64,000 nt of DNA from Alphaproteobacteria bacterium. Its GTDB lineage: Bacteria > Pseudomonadota > Alphaproteobacteria > UBA8366. The notes below the pieces were generated by a model. That model did not search any database. It was not told the DNA's origin and saw nothing but the letters and a program-made list of their open reading frames with translations. The translations under genes and the position numbers were made by a program. This document shows, piece by piece, positions 48,958 to 59,906 of the stretch (position 1 is the stretch's first letter; each line of letters starts with the position of its first letter). The stretch covers positions 4,621,234 through 4,685,233 of the forward strand of contig OZ245815.1 of the NCBI GenBank assembly GCA_965228425.1. The letters run 5' to 3'.

Positions 48958-49013
48958 CGCCGCAAATACGGCATAAGTACCTGTCGACAAACACATATTT
49001 TAAAGTTCCGAGA

Positions 49014-49067
49014 TTCTGCGAAAAATCCCTGTCTGGTGATGGGGATCACAGACCTTTTGCGAAAAAT
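49014..49067. repeat. 13-mer direct repeat TT(C/T)TGCGAAAAAT x2
   Basis: Copies lie at 49014-49026 and 49055-49067 with one mismatch, 41 bp apart, in the AT-rich region after aapP. Confidence 0.4.
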
Positions 49068-49115
49068 TATCTAAATTGCTTCCTATCGTACTTAATCCGC
49101 GATGCACTCAGCCTC

Positions 49116-49143
49116 GGCCGCGCCACAGCGCGGCCTTTTTTTT
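49116..49143 (+). terminator. strong Rho-independent terminator
   Basis: GGCCGCGC-CACA-GCGCGGCC is followed by eight T residues. It lies 158 nt after the aapP stop. Confidence 0.75.
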
Positions 49144-49224
49144 GCCGTATTCCCTTTTTAAATTAACCATAGATACCAAGGAGTTCCGGACCAAAATCCG
49201 GCGAAATTAACGAAGGATTAATCC

Positions 49225-49425
49225 GTGTCGACGACTCTTACCGGCGATATTTCAACATGGCGCGACGAAAGGCACCTGATGAAATTACGGCTGGTCACCG
49301 CGGACGCTCCCGCGGATATCTTCACGGTCCCCGATCGAGCCCCCGCCACCGGCGTCATCGTCGGTGTTTTCTGCGGCAGCATGTTCTGGCTGGGCCTCGC
49401 GTTGGGCTGGGCCTTCTGGGCCTGA
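49225..49425 (+). CDS. small hypothetical protein with a C-terminal hydrophobic helix (doubtful)
   Basis: It has a GTG start and ends VIVGVFCGSMFWLGLALGWAFWA. I recognise no family, and an internal ATG (MKLRLVT) is also possible. Confidence 0.25.
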   Translation: MSTTLTGDISTWRDERHLMKLRLVTADAPADIFTVPDRAPATGVIVGVFCGSMFWLGLALGWAFWA

Positions 49426-49585
49426 GCTAGCCAACCTTTCGATCGCTCATTACCCGCCTTTCGGCGGTTAATACCCCCTAACTCATCCTTATAATCCGAC
49501 CCCGTCCATTTGGGCGGCCGCGGCCGGCTGCGTTACAGTCCGATATCTAATTTTCGGCCAACAACGAACCACGCGGGACAACACC

Positions 49586-50140
49586 ATGCCCTTTTTCAAA
49601 TCGCACCCGGCGGATGCCGGGCCGCCGGCGGTCTTCACCGCCTATCCCGAGATTTACCAGCATTGGGCCCGGATGGGCGAAACGCTGATGAACGGCCCGT
49701 CCCCCTTGACGCCCGGCGAACGCGAGATGATCGCGGCCTATGTTGTCGGGCTCGCCGAGTGCGAATTCGCCTATGTGGCCCATACCGCCGTCGCCTATGC
49801 CTGGGGCATCGAGGACGGATTGATCGACAAGTTGATCGCTGATCTGGATAGCGCGCCGTTGGAGGACCGTTTCAAGCCATTGCTCGCCTTCGTCCGAATC
49901 CTGACGTTGACCCCGAACCAGGTGACGCAGGCCGACGCGGACGCCGTGTTCGATGCGGGCTGGGACGAGAAGGCCCTGCACGACGCGATCGCGGTCACCG
50001 CCCGCATGTGTTTCATGCAGCGTATCCTCGAAGGGCATGGATTCACCCCGATGACGCCGGAGCGCGCACGCCAGAGAGCCGAAGACCGGGTGAAGCTGGG
50101 ATATCAAAACCTGTATCCGGAACTCGCGGATAAAAAGTAG
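49586..50140 (+). CDS. carboxymuconolactone decarboxylase / AhpD-like family protein
   Basis: 184 aa. LTPGEREMIAAYVVGLAECEFAYVAHT and WDEKALHDAIAVTARMCFMQRI are typical of AhpD-fold, peroxidase-related proteins. Confidence 0.8.
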   Translation: MPFFKSHPADAGPPAVFTAYPEIYQHWARMGETLMNGPSPLTPGEREMIAAYVVGLAECEFAYVAHTAVAYAWGIEDGLIDKLIADLDSAPLEDRFKPLLAFVRILTLTPNQVTQADADAVFDAGWDEKALHDAIAVTARMCFMQRILEGHGFTPMTPERARQRAEDRVKLGYQNLYPELADKK

Positions 50141-50280
50141 CGCCACTCGCCCAGCGGCCATGAACGGCCCCCCACTTTCACGTAGTCTTAGGGCCGTCTC
50201 CGCAGTACCCTCCCGGTCCAAATCGGAAAGCGACGCCACGCCAACGATGCGCGGCGGATATTTCTCTCTACGGAACGGAT

Positions 50281-51489
50281 ATGAAGGCAGCCGACAACAC
50301 GGTCGGGAAGGTGAGTGTACGGCCCATCGTCCTGCTCAGCATGGCCGGATTTTGCGCCATGGCCGTGTTACGCATCTCGGAGCCGATCCTACCGGAAGTC
50401 GCGCACGAATTCGGGACGACGGTCGGCATCGCCTCGGTCATGGCCACCGCCTTCGCCTTGGCCTATGGCATTTGTCAGATATTCTCCGGCCCGTTCGGGG
50501 ACCGCTACGGTAAGTTCCTGATCATTACGATCTCCCTCGCCGCGGCGACGGTAATGGTCACCGCGACCGCCTGGGCCGACTCCCTTTCGACGCTCGCGTG
50601 GCTCCGCTTTGCCACCGGTGCGGCAACGGCCGCGGTCATCCCGCTGTCGCTGGCCTATATCGGCGACATCGTACCGTATGAGCAGCGCCAGCAGGTATTG
50701 GCGCGCTATATCACCGGCACGATCCTTGGCCTGCTGTTCGGCCAAGCAGCGGGCGGCTTGATCATCGACCTCGCGGGGTGGCGATCGGTTTTCCTGGTCA
50801 TGGGCGGACTCTACGCGATAGTAACGGTGCTCTGCATACTCGAGTTACGGTCGACACGGATCGACTGGCGCAAAAGCCAGGGTCCGGTTCGGGTCAAGAA
50901 CGTGCTGGCGCAATACCGCTCGATCGCGATCCGGCCACACCCGAAGCGGGTGCTGGTGACGGTCTTCCTCGAAGGATTTTTCCTTTATGGCGGCGTGGCG
51001 TATCTCGGCGCCTTCCTGCGGCACAAGTTCGCCATCGACTACGCGACCATCGGACTGCTGCTGTCGGGATTCGGCACCGGCGGGTTGATTTATATCGTGG
51101 CGTCGCGCCGGATCATCCGCACGTTGGGCGAAAGCGGCATGGTGCGTTGGGGCGGGACCTCCGCGCTGGCGGGATATATCATGTTGATCCTGCTGCCCGA
51201 TTGGCAATTCGCTGTACTGGGGAATTTCCTATTGGGATTCGGGTTCTCCATGTTGCACAACACGTTGCAAACGAACGCGACGCAGATGGCGCCCGACAGC
51301 CGCGGGTCGGCGGTGTCGCTGTTTGCCTTTTCGCTCTTTCTGGGGCAAGCGTCCGGCGTTGCCTTGCTGGGACCGGTCGTCGATGGGTTCGGTTATACGC
51401 CCGCCTTCCTTGCCTGCGGCGTCGGTATGCTGGCCATCGGCCTCTGGTTCGGGCACCGCCTGGAAGCCCGGCCGAACGATTCCCGGTAA
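50281..51489 (+). CDS. MFS transporter
   Basis: 402 aa and 12 hydrophobic segments, with a GPFGDRYG-type loop between TM2 and TM3. Confidence 0.85.
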   Translation: MKAADNTVGKVSVRPIVLLSMAGFCAMAVLRISEPILPEVAHEFGTTVGIASVMATAFALAYGICQIFSGPFGDRYGKFLIITISLAAATVMVTATAWADSLSTLAWLRFATGAATAAVIPLSLAYIGDIVPYEQRQQVLARYITGTILGLLFGQAAGGLIIDLAGWRSVFLVMGGLYAIVTVLCILELRSTRIDWRKSQGPVRVKNVLAQYRSIAIRPHPKRVLVTVFLEGFFLYGGVAYLGAFLRHKFAIDYATIGLLLSGFGTGGLIYIVASRRIIRTLGESGMVRWGGTSALAGYIMLILLPDWQFAVLGNFLLGFGFSMLHNTLQTNATQMAPDSRGSAVSLFAFSLFLGQASGVALLGPVVDGFGYTPAFLACGVGMLAIGLWFGHRLEARPNDSR

Positions 51490-51504
51490 CCGCAACGCCC
51501 CTGC

Positions 51505-52513
51505 TTAGCGCAGGTGGCAGGCCACCACATGTCCCGGCCGGATTTCCTTCAGCTCGGGTTCCTCGACGCGGCAGCGCTCTTCCGCATAGGGGCAACGGGT
51601 GTGGAAATGGCATCCCGGCGGCGGCGTGATCGGACTCGGAACATCGCCTTCCAGTACCCGCTTTTCGCGCCGAACGGCCGGGTTCGGGATCGGCACGGCC
51701 GACAACAGCGCCTCGGTATAGGGATGCTGAGGATTCGTGAACAACGTCTTCTTATCGGTGTATTCGACGATCCGCCCAAGATACATCACCGCGATCCGGT
51801 GACTGATGTGCTCGACAACCGCCAGGTCATGCGCGATGAACAGATAGGACAGCCGATACTCGTCCTGCAGATCCATCAACAGGTTGATGACCTGCGCCTG
51901 AATCGACACGTCGAGCGCGGAGACCGGCTCGTCGCCGATGATGACCTTTGGATTCAGCGCCAGCGCGCGGGCGATGCCGATCCGCTGGCGTTGGCCGCCG
52001 GAGAACTCGTGCGGGAAACTCTCCATCTGGGTACGCCGTAAGCCGACCCGGTCGAATATCTCCGCGACCCGCTCTTCCTTTTCCTTGCCGCTGGCAAGAC
52101 CGTGAATTTCAAGCGCTTCGCCGACGATCCGGCCGACCGGCATGCGCGGGTTGAGCGAGGAATACGGATCCTGAAAGATGATCTGCATCTGCCGACGGAT
52201 CGGCCGCATCTTGTCCTTGTCGAGGTCGGTAATATCCTGACCCTCAAGCTTGATGCGTCCCTCGGTCGGCTCCAGCAGCCGCAACACCGTCCGGCCGACC
52301 GTCGACTTACCGCACCCGCTTTCCCCCACCAAGCCCAGCGTCTCGCCCTGGTTTATCGAAAAACTGACGCCGTCGACCGCGTAGACATGCCCGACCGTCC
52401 GGGAAATGATCCCCTTCTTGATCGGAAAGTGCTTCTTCAATCCGTCGACTTCCAGCACCGGCGCATCGTTGCTGCGCGGCCGGGTATCCGGTTTCTCCTG
52501 CGTCACGGTCGCA

Positions 52514-52521
<8 letters not shown>
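51505..52521 (-). CDS. peptide-type ABC transporter ATP-binding protein (DppF/OppF-like)
   Basis: It has Walker [10 protein letters not shown], signature FSGGQRQR and a C-terminal oligopeptide-type extension (CHFHTRCP). Confidence 0.9.
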
Positions 52522-53587
<1,066 letters not shown>

Positions 53588-53637
53588 CGCTTCGCCTTCT
53601 ATGCACTTTTGTTGTTCAGGGTTAGGCGGTGGAAATC

Positions 53638-54534
53638 CTAGTTGCGCTGCCGCGGATCAAGCAGATCGCGGATCGCGTCGCCCAGCAGGTTCGTACCGAA
53701 CACCGCGAGACTGATTGCGATGCCCGGGAAAATGACCAGCCACGGCGCCGTCCGCACGTATTCGGCGGCCGATTCAGACAACATCCGGCCCCAGGACGGA
53801 TGCGGTTCCGGAATGCCCAGCCCCAGGAAGGACAAGGACGCCTCGGTCAGGATTGCCGAACTCAACTGTGCGGTGGCCAGCACGATGAATGGCGCCATCG
53901 TGTTCGGCAGGATGTGGCGGATCGCAATGCGAATCTCGCTCATGCCGAGCGCCTGCGCCGCCTCGACGAACGGCATTTCCCGCAGCGACAGCGTATTCGA
54001 CCGGATGACCCGGGCGACCTGCGGCACCAAGGGTATCGATATAGCGATAATCGTGTTCTCGAGCGATGGCCCGAGCGACGCCGCCATGACCAGCGCCATG
54101 ACGAGCAGCGGCAGCGCCTGCATGATGTCGATGATGCGCTGCATCACCAAATCGAACCAGCCCAGCAGGTAGCCGGACATCAGCCCGATGATCACGCCGA
54201 GCAAACCGCCGAGCAACGTCGAGCCGATGCCAACGGCCAGCGAGATACGCGCGCCGTGGATGATCCGGCTGTAGACGTCCCGGCCCATCATGTCCGCCCC
54301 CATCACGAAATCCGGATCGGGTGCGGCAAGCGACGCGGACGCCTTCGTCGCCAGCGGGTCGTGCGGCGCGATGACGTCGGCGAAGATCGCGGCGAGCACG
54401 AAGACCGCAAAGATGACGCCACCGGCCGCCCCCAGCGGATAGCGGCGGCAGAAGTAGAGGAATGCACCCCATTTTCCTTCGACGCCGGCGCCGGCTTTGG
54501 CAAGTTCGGCATCATGATCGATGGTCGCAGCCAT
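53638..54534 (-). CDS. peptide-type ABC transporter permease (DppC-like)
   Basis: The start is the ATG at 54534 behind GGGAGAA. The EAA loop is [21 protein letters not shown]. Confidence 0.85.
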   Translation of the reverse strand: MAATIDHDAELAKAGAGVEGKWGAFLYFCRRYPLGAAGGVIFAVFVLAAIFADVIAPHDPLATKASASLAAPDPDFVMGADMMGRDVYSRIIHGARISLAVGIGSTLLGGLLGVIIGLMSGYLLGWFDLVMQRIIDIMQALPLLVMALVMAASLGPSLENTIIAISIPLVPQVARVIRSNTLSLREMPFVEAAQALGMSEIRIAIRHILPNTMAPFIVLATAQLSSAILTEASLSFLGLGIPEPHPSWGRMLSESAAEYVRTAPWLVIFPGIAISLAVFGTNLLGDAIRDLLDPRQRN

Positions 54535-54553
54535 TGTCCGTTCTCCCGCTTCG

Positions 54554-55501
54554 CTAGTCGGCGTATTTGATGCGCGGATCAAGGACCGCATACAACAAAT
54601 CGACGATGAAGTTGATGACCACCACGACGACCGCGATGAACATGACCAGGTTTTGAACGATCGGATAGTCGCGCATCAGAATCGCTTCAACCAAGAAATG
54701 CGCGACGCCGGGAATGTTGAAAACGGTTTCGGTAATGATGAGGCCGCCGATGAGAAAGGCCGCCTCGAAGCCGATGATCGTGGTTACCGGCAGCACCGCG
54801 TTCTTGAGCGCATGGTAGTAGTTCACCGAGTTGTCGGTGGCGCCCTTCGACCGCGCGGTCCGGATGTAATCCTGCCGCAGCACCTCAAGCATGGAGGACC
54901 GCGTCAACCGCATGATAATTGCCGATGCCCGGAAGCCGACGGCGGCCGCCGGAATCGTATAGAGCAGCAATTCGTCCCAAAGGTTTTCCGGCGGATCGGT
55001 ATAGATGGGAATCTCGCCCAGATAGGTAACAAAGGCCATTAGTATCAGCAGGGCCAGCCAGAAGGACGGCAAGGACAGCCCGCTCAAGCTGATCACCCGC
55101 AAGACATAATCGAGCGGCGTATCCTGACGGACGGCGCTGATCACACCGAGCGGCAGCCCGAACAACACCGAAAATCCCAACGCCATGACGGCGAGTTTCA
55201 CGGTGATCGGGATGCGCGGCCCAATCTCGTCGATCGCCGGCATTTCGGAGACATAGGAAAATCCGAGATCGCCCACCACAAGGGCGCTGATCCATTCCCA
55301 GTATTGCACTGGAATCGGCAGATCCAGACCGAGTTCCTTTTCCAGTGCGGCCTTCTCGGCCGGATCAACGAAGCCGGCGGAATCGAACATGATGTCGGCG
55401 ATGTTGCCGGGCATCAGGCGAAGCAACAGGAAGATGACGATCGACATGCCGACCAGCGTCAGCAACATCAAGAAGAAGCGCCTCACCAAGTAGCTTGTCA
55501 C
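54554..55501 (-). CDS. peptide-type ABC transporter permease (DppB-like)
   Basis: It has MTSYLVRRFFLMLLTLVGMSIVIF, a typical DppB N-terminus, and the RTARSKG loop. Confidence 0.9.
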   Translation of the reverse strand: MTSYLVRRFFLMLLTLVGMSIVIFLLLRLMPGNIADIMFDSAGFVDPAEKAALEKELGLDLPIPVQYWEWISALVVGDLGFSYVSEMPAIDEIGPRIPITVKLAVMALGFSVLFGLPLGVISAVRQDTPLDYVLRVISLSGLSLPSFWLALLILMAFVTYLGEIPIYTDPPENLWDELLLYTIPAAAVGFRASAIIMRLTRSSMLEVLRQDYIRTARSKGATDNSVNYYHALKNAVLPVTTIIGFEAAFLIGGLIITETVFNIPGVAHFLVEAILMRDYPIVQNLVMFIAVVVVVINFIVDLLYAVLDPRIKYAD

Positions 55502-55573
55502 GGCCTGCCTCCGTTCATGGGGATGTGGTGTTCATGCACCATGCGTAACCGCCGGCGTTAATCAGGAACGAAC

Positions 55574-55610
55574 GAAGCCAACCAGGCGTGAAATTAACCC
55601 GGTTGGCTTC
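55574..55610 (-). other. intercistronic stem-loop between the SBP gene and the first permease gene
   Basis: GAAGCCAACC (55574-55583) and GGTTGGCTTC (55601-55610) are exact reverse complements, and partially complementary flanks extend the stem. Confidence 0.35.
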
Positions 55611-55631
55611 TCTATGTTCGTCCCGTAGCGA

Positions 55632-57230
55632 CTACTTATCCAGCCAGACTTCTTCCAACCGCCAGCCGTTGTAGACGCTGTTGGTCATCGTCGTGAAATT
55701 CTTCACGTGCGGCTGCCAACAGGTCGCCGACTTGTTGTTGAAGATGATCGGCCGTGCTGCGTCTTCCTGCAGCTTCTTGTCGATTTCCCACACGACTTTC
55801 TTGCGGGCGTCGACGTCTTCCATCATCGACTGTTTCTCGAAAAGCTTTTCGAGATCGGCGTTGCAGTAACCGGTGTAGTTGCGCTGCGAGCCGCACGCAT
55901 AGTTCTCGTAGAACATGGCGTCCGGATCGTCGACGCCGATACCGGTCAGGTTCAGGCCGACCGAGTAGTCCTTGCGGGCCACTTTGGCATGCCAGTTACT
56001 GGTCTCGACCGTCTCTAGCTCCGCATCGACATAGATGCTCTTCAGATGATCGATCAGGATGACCGCCGGGTCGCGATAGATCGCGATGTTCCGGGTCGCA
56101 ACCTTGACCTTGAGCCGATTGGTATCGCTATAGCCCTTCGACTTCATGATCGCGCGGGCCTTTTCCCGGTTCGCGTTGACGTCCGGGTTGTACCCCGCAA
56201 CCGTCTTCAGGAATTCCGGCGGCATGCCCCAGACGCCACTCGGCGGTGGCAGCAACGCGCCGCTCTTGATGAACTGGCCATGGCCCAGAATCTTGATAAA
56301 GGCATCACGGTCGATCGACATCACCATCGCGCGGCGAATATCCGGATCATTGAACGGCGGCTTGTCCTGATTGACGATCAGGTTGGTCGACACGTTGGTC
56401 GTCCGAAGCTTGCACACCGCATTCGGCGCTTGCTCCTTAACGTCCTTCAGCAACGGAATCGTCACGTCGGAGTTGAACGTCATGTCGAACTTGCCGGCGA
56501 TGAAGGCGAGCACCCGGGTCGAACGGCTCTTGATGATGGTCCACTCGATCGCGTCGAGATGCGGAAGACCCTTTTTCCAGTATTTGTCGTTTTTCGTGAA
56601 CTTTACGAATTCGTTCTGCTTCAACTGAACGAACTTGAAGGGGCCCGTGCCGATGGGATGCGTGCGCATCTTCTTGGGCGGCACGTGGCACGGATAGACC
56701 GGCGAATAGCCGGATGCCAACAACGTCACGAACGCCGGCTGCTTACGCTTCAGATGGAATGTCACCTGCGTATCGCTATCGGCGGTGACCTTGTCCAGAT
56801 TCCGATACCAGGATTTGCGAGGGTTCTTGCGCAGTTTGGCTTTCCGTTTGCCCTGCAGCAGGTCCCAGGTGCAGACCACGTCTTTTGCGCTGAAGGGCTT
56901 GCCGTCATGCCATTTGACGCCCGAGCGCAGATTGAAGGTCAGCTTCGTCTTATCTCCGTTCCACGACCACTTGGTCGCCAGATCCGGAACGATGGTGTCG
57001 ATGCTGTTTGTTGGTTTGCTCTGATCGTACATGATCAGGTTATTGAAGACCGGCATGTAGGGCGACAGCGTGGAGTTCGTCGCTTCCTCATGGATCGATC
57101 CGCTCGGCGGTGTTCCGCGGTGATACACCTTGAGCGTACCGCCGCTCTTTTGCGCGAGTGCCGCCCCGGCGCCAAGCGAGACGGCAAACAATGCGGCACC
57201 TGCCGCACATACACTAATCTTCCGTAGCAT
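55632..57230 (-). CDS. ABC transporter substrate-binding protein, family 5 (peptide type)
   Basis: The start is the ATG at 57230 behind GGGAGGAGA, giving the signal peptide MLRKISVCAAGAALFAVSLGAGAALA. Confidence 0.9.
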   Translation of the reverse strand: MLRKISVCAAGAALFAVSLGAGAALAQKSGGTLKVYHRGTPPSGSIHEEATNSTLSPYMPVFNNLIMYDQSKPTNSIDTIVPDLATKWSWNGDKTKLTFNLRSGVKWHDGKPFSAKDVVCTWDLLQGKRKAKLRKNPRKSWYRNLDKVTADSDTQVTFHLKRKQPAFVTLLASGYSPVYPCHVPPKKMRTHPIGTGPFKFVQLKQNEFVKFTKNDKYWKKGLPHLDAIEWTIIKSRSTRVLAFIAGKFDMTFNSDVTIPLLKDVKEQAPNAVCKLRTTNVSTNLIVNQDKPPFNDPDIRRAMVMSIDRDAFIKILGHGQFIKSGALLPPPSGVWGMPPEFLKTVAGYNPDVNANREKARAIMKSKGYSDTNRLKVKVATRNIAIYRDPAVILIDHLKSIYVDAELETVETSNWHAKVARKDYSVGLNLTGIGVDDPDAMFYENYACGSQRNYTGYCNADLEKLFEKQSMMEDVDARKKVVWEIDKKLQEDAARPIIFNNKSATCWQPHVKNFTTMTNSVYNGWRLEEVWLDK

Positions 57231-57423
57231 ATTTAGGGTCTCCTCCCATTGCATACATTCTAGTTCTTATTGTTTTTCTTATTTGCACCGCTCATATCGA
57301 CAGCGCATTGCGTGTTAGAAAGTGCGTAGGGGGAGGATAGACGGAATCGCGGAAGGGGGGCAATCATATCGTGATCAATTTATGACCGCAGCGGGATTTT
57401 GCCGACAACGGCAGGTTGACACC

Positions 57424-57921
57424 TCAGTCCTCACCGGCGGCTTCGGCGGCAAGCGGACCGCCGATGGAAGGCCGGCCCGCGACATCGACCAAGGCTTCAA
57501 TTCTCTTTCTAAGAGTACCCGGCATATTGACAGCAGGACTGGTGCAGATCTCGGTCAGCGCCTGTTCCAGCAACCCAAGCCGGACGCGTGTGTCGGGATC
57601 GCCCTTCGATGAAAAGGCAGCTTCCAATCGATCGCCGAGCCGTCGCTCGTCGTGGGACCCATGCGAATGCGTCAACGAATGGGCCAGGACGAGCGCGCGC
57701 CGCCAGGTCACCGCCTCCGCCTCGGCGGCGTCTTTGGCGGTCGCCGCGTCGATCAAAAGCGCGATGCGATCGGGCGTGCATAGGTCGTGAAACTCAGCCC
57801 GCGCCTGTTTGACCAGGTGAACATTCGGAAGCCCCACCTCTGCCTCGGCGCACCGCATGAAGTGTTCGAGCCGCTTACCGGAGGCGCGAAGTTTTTCAAG
57901 CCAATCCGGATCGTCCATCAT
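57424..57921 (-). CDS. hypothetical protein, predicted all-alpha, no family recognised
   Basis: This is the C-terminal 165 aa of track ORF 57424..58215. The ATG at 57921 (MMDDPDWLEKL...) lies 19 nt after the upstream gene's stop, and an AGGA lies in that gap. Confidence 0.5.
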   Translation of the reverse strand: MMDDPDWLEKLRASGKRLEHFMRCAEAEVGLPNVHLVKQARAEFHDLCTPDRIALLIDAATAKDAAEAEAVTWRRALVLAHSLTHSHGSHDERRLGDRLEAAFSSKGDPDTRVRLGLLEQALTEICTSPAVNMPGTLRKRIEALVDVAGRPSIGGPLAAEAAGED

Positions 57922-57940
57922 AGTCGGTGGTCCTAAGCGG

Positions 57941-58294
57941 TCAGTTCGTCGAGAAGGCGCGGCAGATCGGCCGCAGAAACGAATCCAAACGGGTTTCCTG
58001 GATGTACAGCAGGCTTCGGCGACCCCGCCGGCGCTTTTGGATCCAACCGATCCGTGCCAGTTTTCGGACATAGGATATGATCGTTGTCCGAGGCATCTCC
58101 ATCGCCGCGGCGAGCGACGATTCATCGAATGGTCGCCGTTCCAAATGTCCCAGGGCGACCATGTCCATGATGATGACCTCGATGGCGACGAATCCCTCGG
58201 CGCGCCGAACGGCATAGTACTCCGCGCGCTGACTCAAGAAACGCCGGGCGCGCTCGAGTTCGGCCTCATCGAGAGATTTCTCCTGCTCTGGCAT
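57941..58294 (-). CDS. small winged-helix DNA-binding protein (putative regulator)
   Basis: Within ORF 57941..58342. MPRTTIISYVRKLARIGWIQKRRRGRRSLLYIQ looks like a recognition helix plus a wing. The start is taken as the ATG at 58294. Confidence 0.55.
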   Translation of the reverse strand: MPEQEKSLDEAELERARRFLSQRAEYYAVRRAEGFVAIEVIIMDMVALGHLERRPFDESSLAAAMEMPRTTIISYVRKLARIGWIQKRRRGRRSLLYIQETRLDSFLRPICRAFSTN

Positions 58295-58413
58295 TCTCAC
58301 ACTGTGGAATTGCCGTTCACCCGGAATAGATCTCGGCGGCAACCCTTTCGATCAAGCGGCCATAGGATACTGTTAACCATTCAGCAAAGTCCTTGCCTAA
58401 TAGCGCCCCCCAT

Positions 58414-58445
58414 CGACAATCTTGTCGAGTTTCGACAAATGTCGA
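58414..58445. promoter_or_regulatory. two adjacent palindromes sharing a CGACA half-site (candidate operator)
   Basis: CGACAA-TC-TTGTCG lies at 58414-58427 and TCGACA-AA-TGTCGA at 58432-58445, about 120-150 bp upstream of the wHTH gene. Confidence 0.35.
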
Positions 58446-58649
58446 CTGCCACTTTAAGTAACGAAACGAACATCATAACGGACCCGGAATTCACCGAAAT
58501 GACCGCGGTCACACGTTAGCGCAGCCGCATCGACCATGCCGGCACGCCACGCGCTGTAAGGGATTATCGCCGTTGTACTTTCGGTATGTTTGTGCGCTCT
58601 ATCATTTTTGCACTTCCCGCGTGTGGTCCACGAAGCGCGCCGCACTCAG

Positions 58650-59828
58650 TTACGTCTTCCCGCTAGCCACCCAGTCCCGGAAAATCCGAAACAGGTCATT
58701 AGCGTTTCGGCCGTATTTCGCGTAGCCGAATTTCACCAATACCTTGCCGCTTTCCGGGTCCACCCCGAGGGCCTGCCCGGCGTAGCCAAGCCCCCAAAAC
58801 CCCGGAGCGTGTTTGTGTTCGGTCCACCATTGATATCCGTAGCCCCGAAAAAACCCGCCGCCGGTGGCAATCTGCGTTACCGTCGCCGCCCGCAAGTAAT
58901 CACCGTAACAACCGGATTTGGCGCGCTCTTCCAGAAGCCACAGGGCGAGACGCCCCCAGTCCGCAAGCCGGGCCTGAAAACCCGCGTGCGCCAAGGCCGA
59001 CCCGGCGCTGTCGGATTCCCAATGGGCGCTATGCGCCGCCCGCACAAAACGCCAGACGGTCTGCTCGAAATACGCGGCCAGACGCCTGCCCGTCGCCCGT
59101 TCCACCGTCCGGGCCAACGCCAACGTGTCACCCGACTTGTAGAGGAAACGGTCGCCCGGCGGATGGATGTTGCGGTTCCGGGTTTCGTTCCAGACCCAGC
59201 CCCACAACGTCTCGTCGATGGTCAACGCGCCGAGCCGCAACGGCCAGGTAATGCCCGAATATTTCCCCAGCAGTTTGCCGCCAAAATTTTGCATCCCACC
59301 GTTCTTGCTCTTATAGGCGCCGGAACTCATGGTCAGGAGCTGGCGCACCGTGCTCCTGCCGAAATTATTGTTGGCCATCTCCGGCACATAGCGGCCCGCG
59401 GCGGCATCCAAACCGGACAACGCGCCCGCGCACAAGGCCCGGCCGACCGCCAGGCTCGTCAAACTCTTGCCGATGCTCATACCGTAGAATTCGCGGCCGG
59501 ACGCACCCATGCCCTGGTAGCCTTCGAAGACGATGCGGCCCCGGTCGATCAAGAGAAAACCGGTCGTCTCGGGATATTTCTCCAGATACCCTTCGACCGA
59601 CGCCACGGCGGCGCGGTCGCCCGCCGCCCTCTCCTCCGGCACGCGGCGCGGCAACGGCCGGGGTTCTGGATGCGGCGTCAGGCGATACGGATCGGTCCCG
59701 CCGGCATCGATATAACCGCCGACGTTGTAGCGCTCCTGCATCCGTGTGTCGCGCGCGGCCGCTGGCGCGACCGCAACGGCAATCACCGTCATCGCAGCAA
59801 CCGAAAGACAAGTGCACCGCAAGTGCAT
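58650..59828 (-). CDS. serine hydrolase, beta-lactamase/transpeptidase-like family
   Basis: 392 aa with an N-terminal signal-like segment and an SxxK motif (MSIGKSLTSLAVG). Confidence 0.85.
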   Translation of the reverse strand: MHLRCTCLSVAAMTVIAVAVAPAAARDTRMQERYNVGGYIDAGGTDPYRLTPHPEPRPLPRRVPEERAAGDRAAVASVEGYLEKYPETTGFLLIDRGRIVFEGYQGMGASGREFYGMSIGKSLTSLAVGRALCAGALSGLDAAAGRYVPEMANNNFGRSTVRQLLTMSSGAYKSKNGGMQNFGGKLLGKYSGITWPLRLGALTIDETLWGWVWNETRNRNIHPPGDRFLYKSGDTLALARTVERATGRRLAAYFEQTVWRFVRAAHSAHWESDSAGSALAHAGFQARLADWGRLALWLLEERAKSGCYGDYLRAATVTQIATGGGFFRGYGYQWWTEHKHAPGFWGLGYAGQALGVDPESGKVLVKFGYAKYGRNANDLFRIFRDWVASGKT

Positions 59829-59906
59829 AGCCAGATCGTCCAGCAGTTGCGGAGCGAGAAACCGCCCCGCGTCGATGCCGATCTTTGACAGAAAAACTTT
59901 AAGGAA

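Noticed and set aside
48954-48979. Possible sigma-70 promoter (TTGACG ... TAAGTA) for an sRNA after aapP
   Set aside because: The spacing between the -35-like hexamer (which overlaps the aapP stop) and the best -10-like hexamer is only about 14 nt. That is not convincing enough to annotate.
56046-57227. 393-aa plus-strand ORF
   Set aside because: It is antisense to the family-5 SBP gene of the Dpp-type operon.
58590-59888. 432-aa plus-strand ORF
   Set aside because: It is antisense to the beta-lactamase-family serine hydrolase, which has a signal peptide and an SxxK motif.
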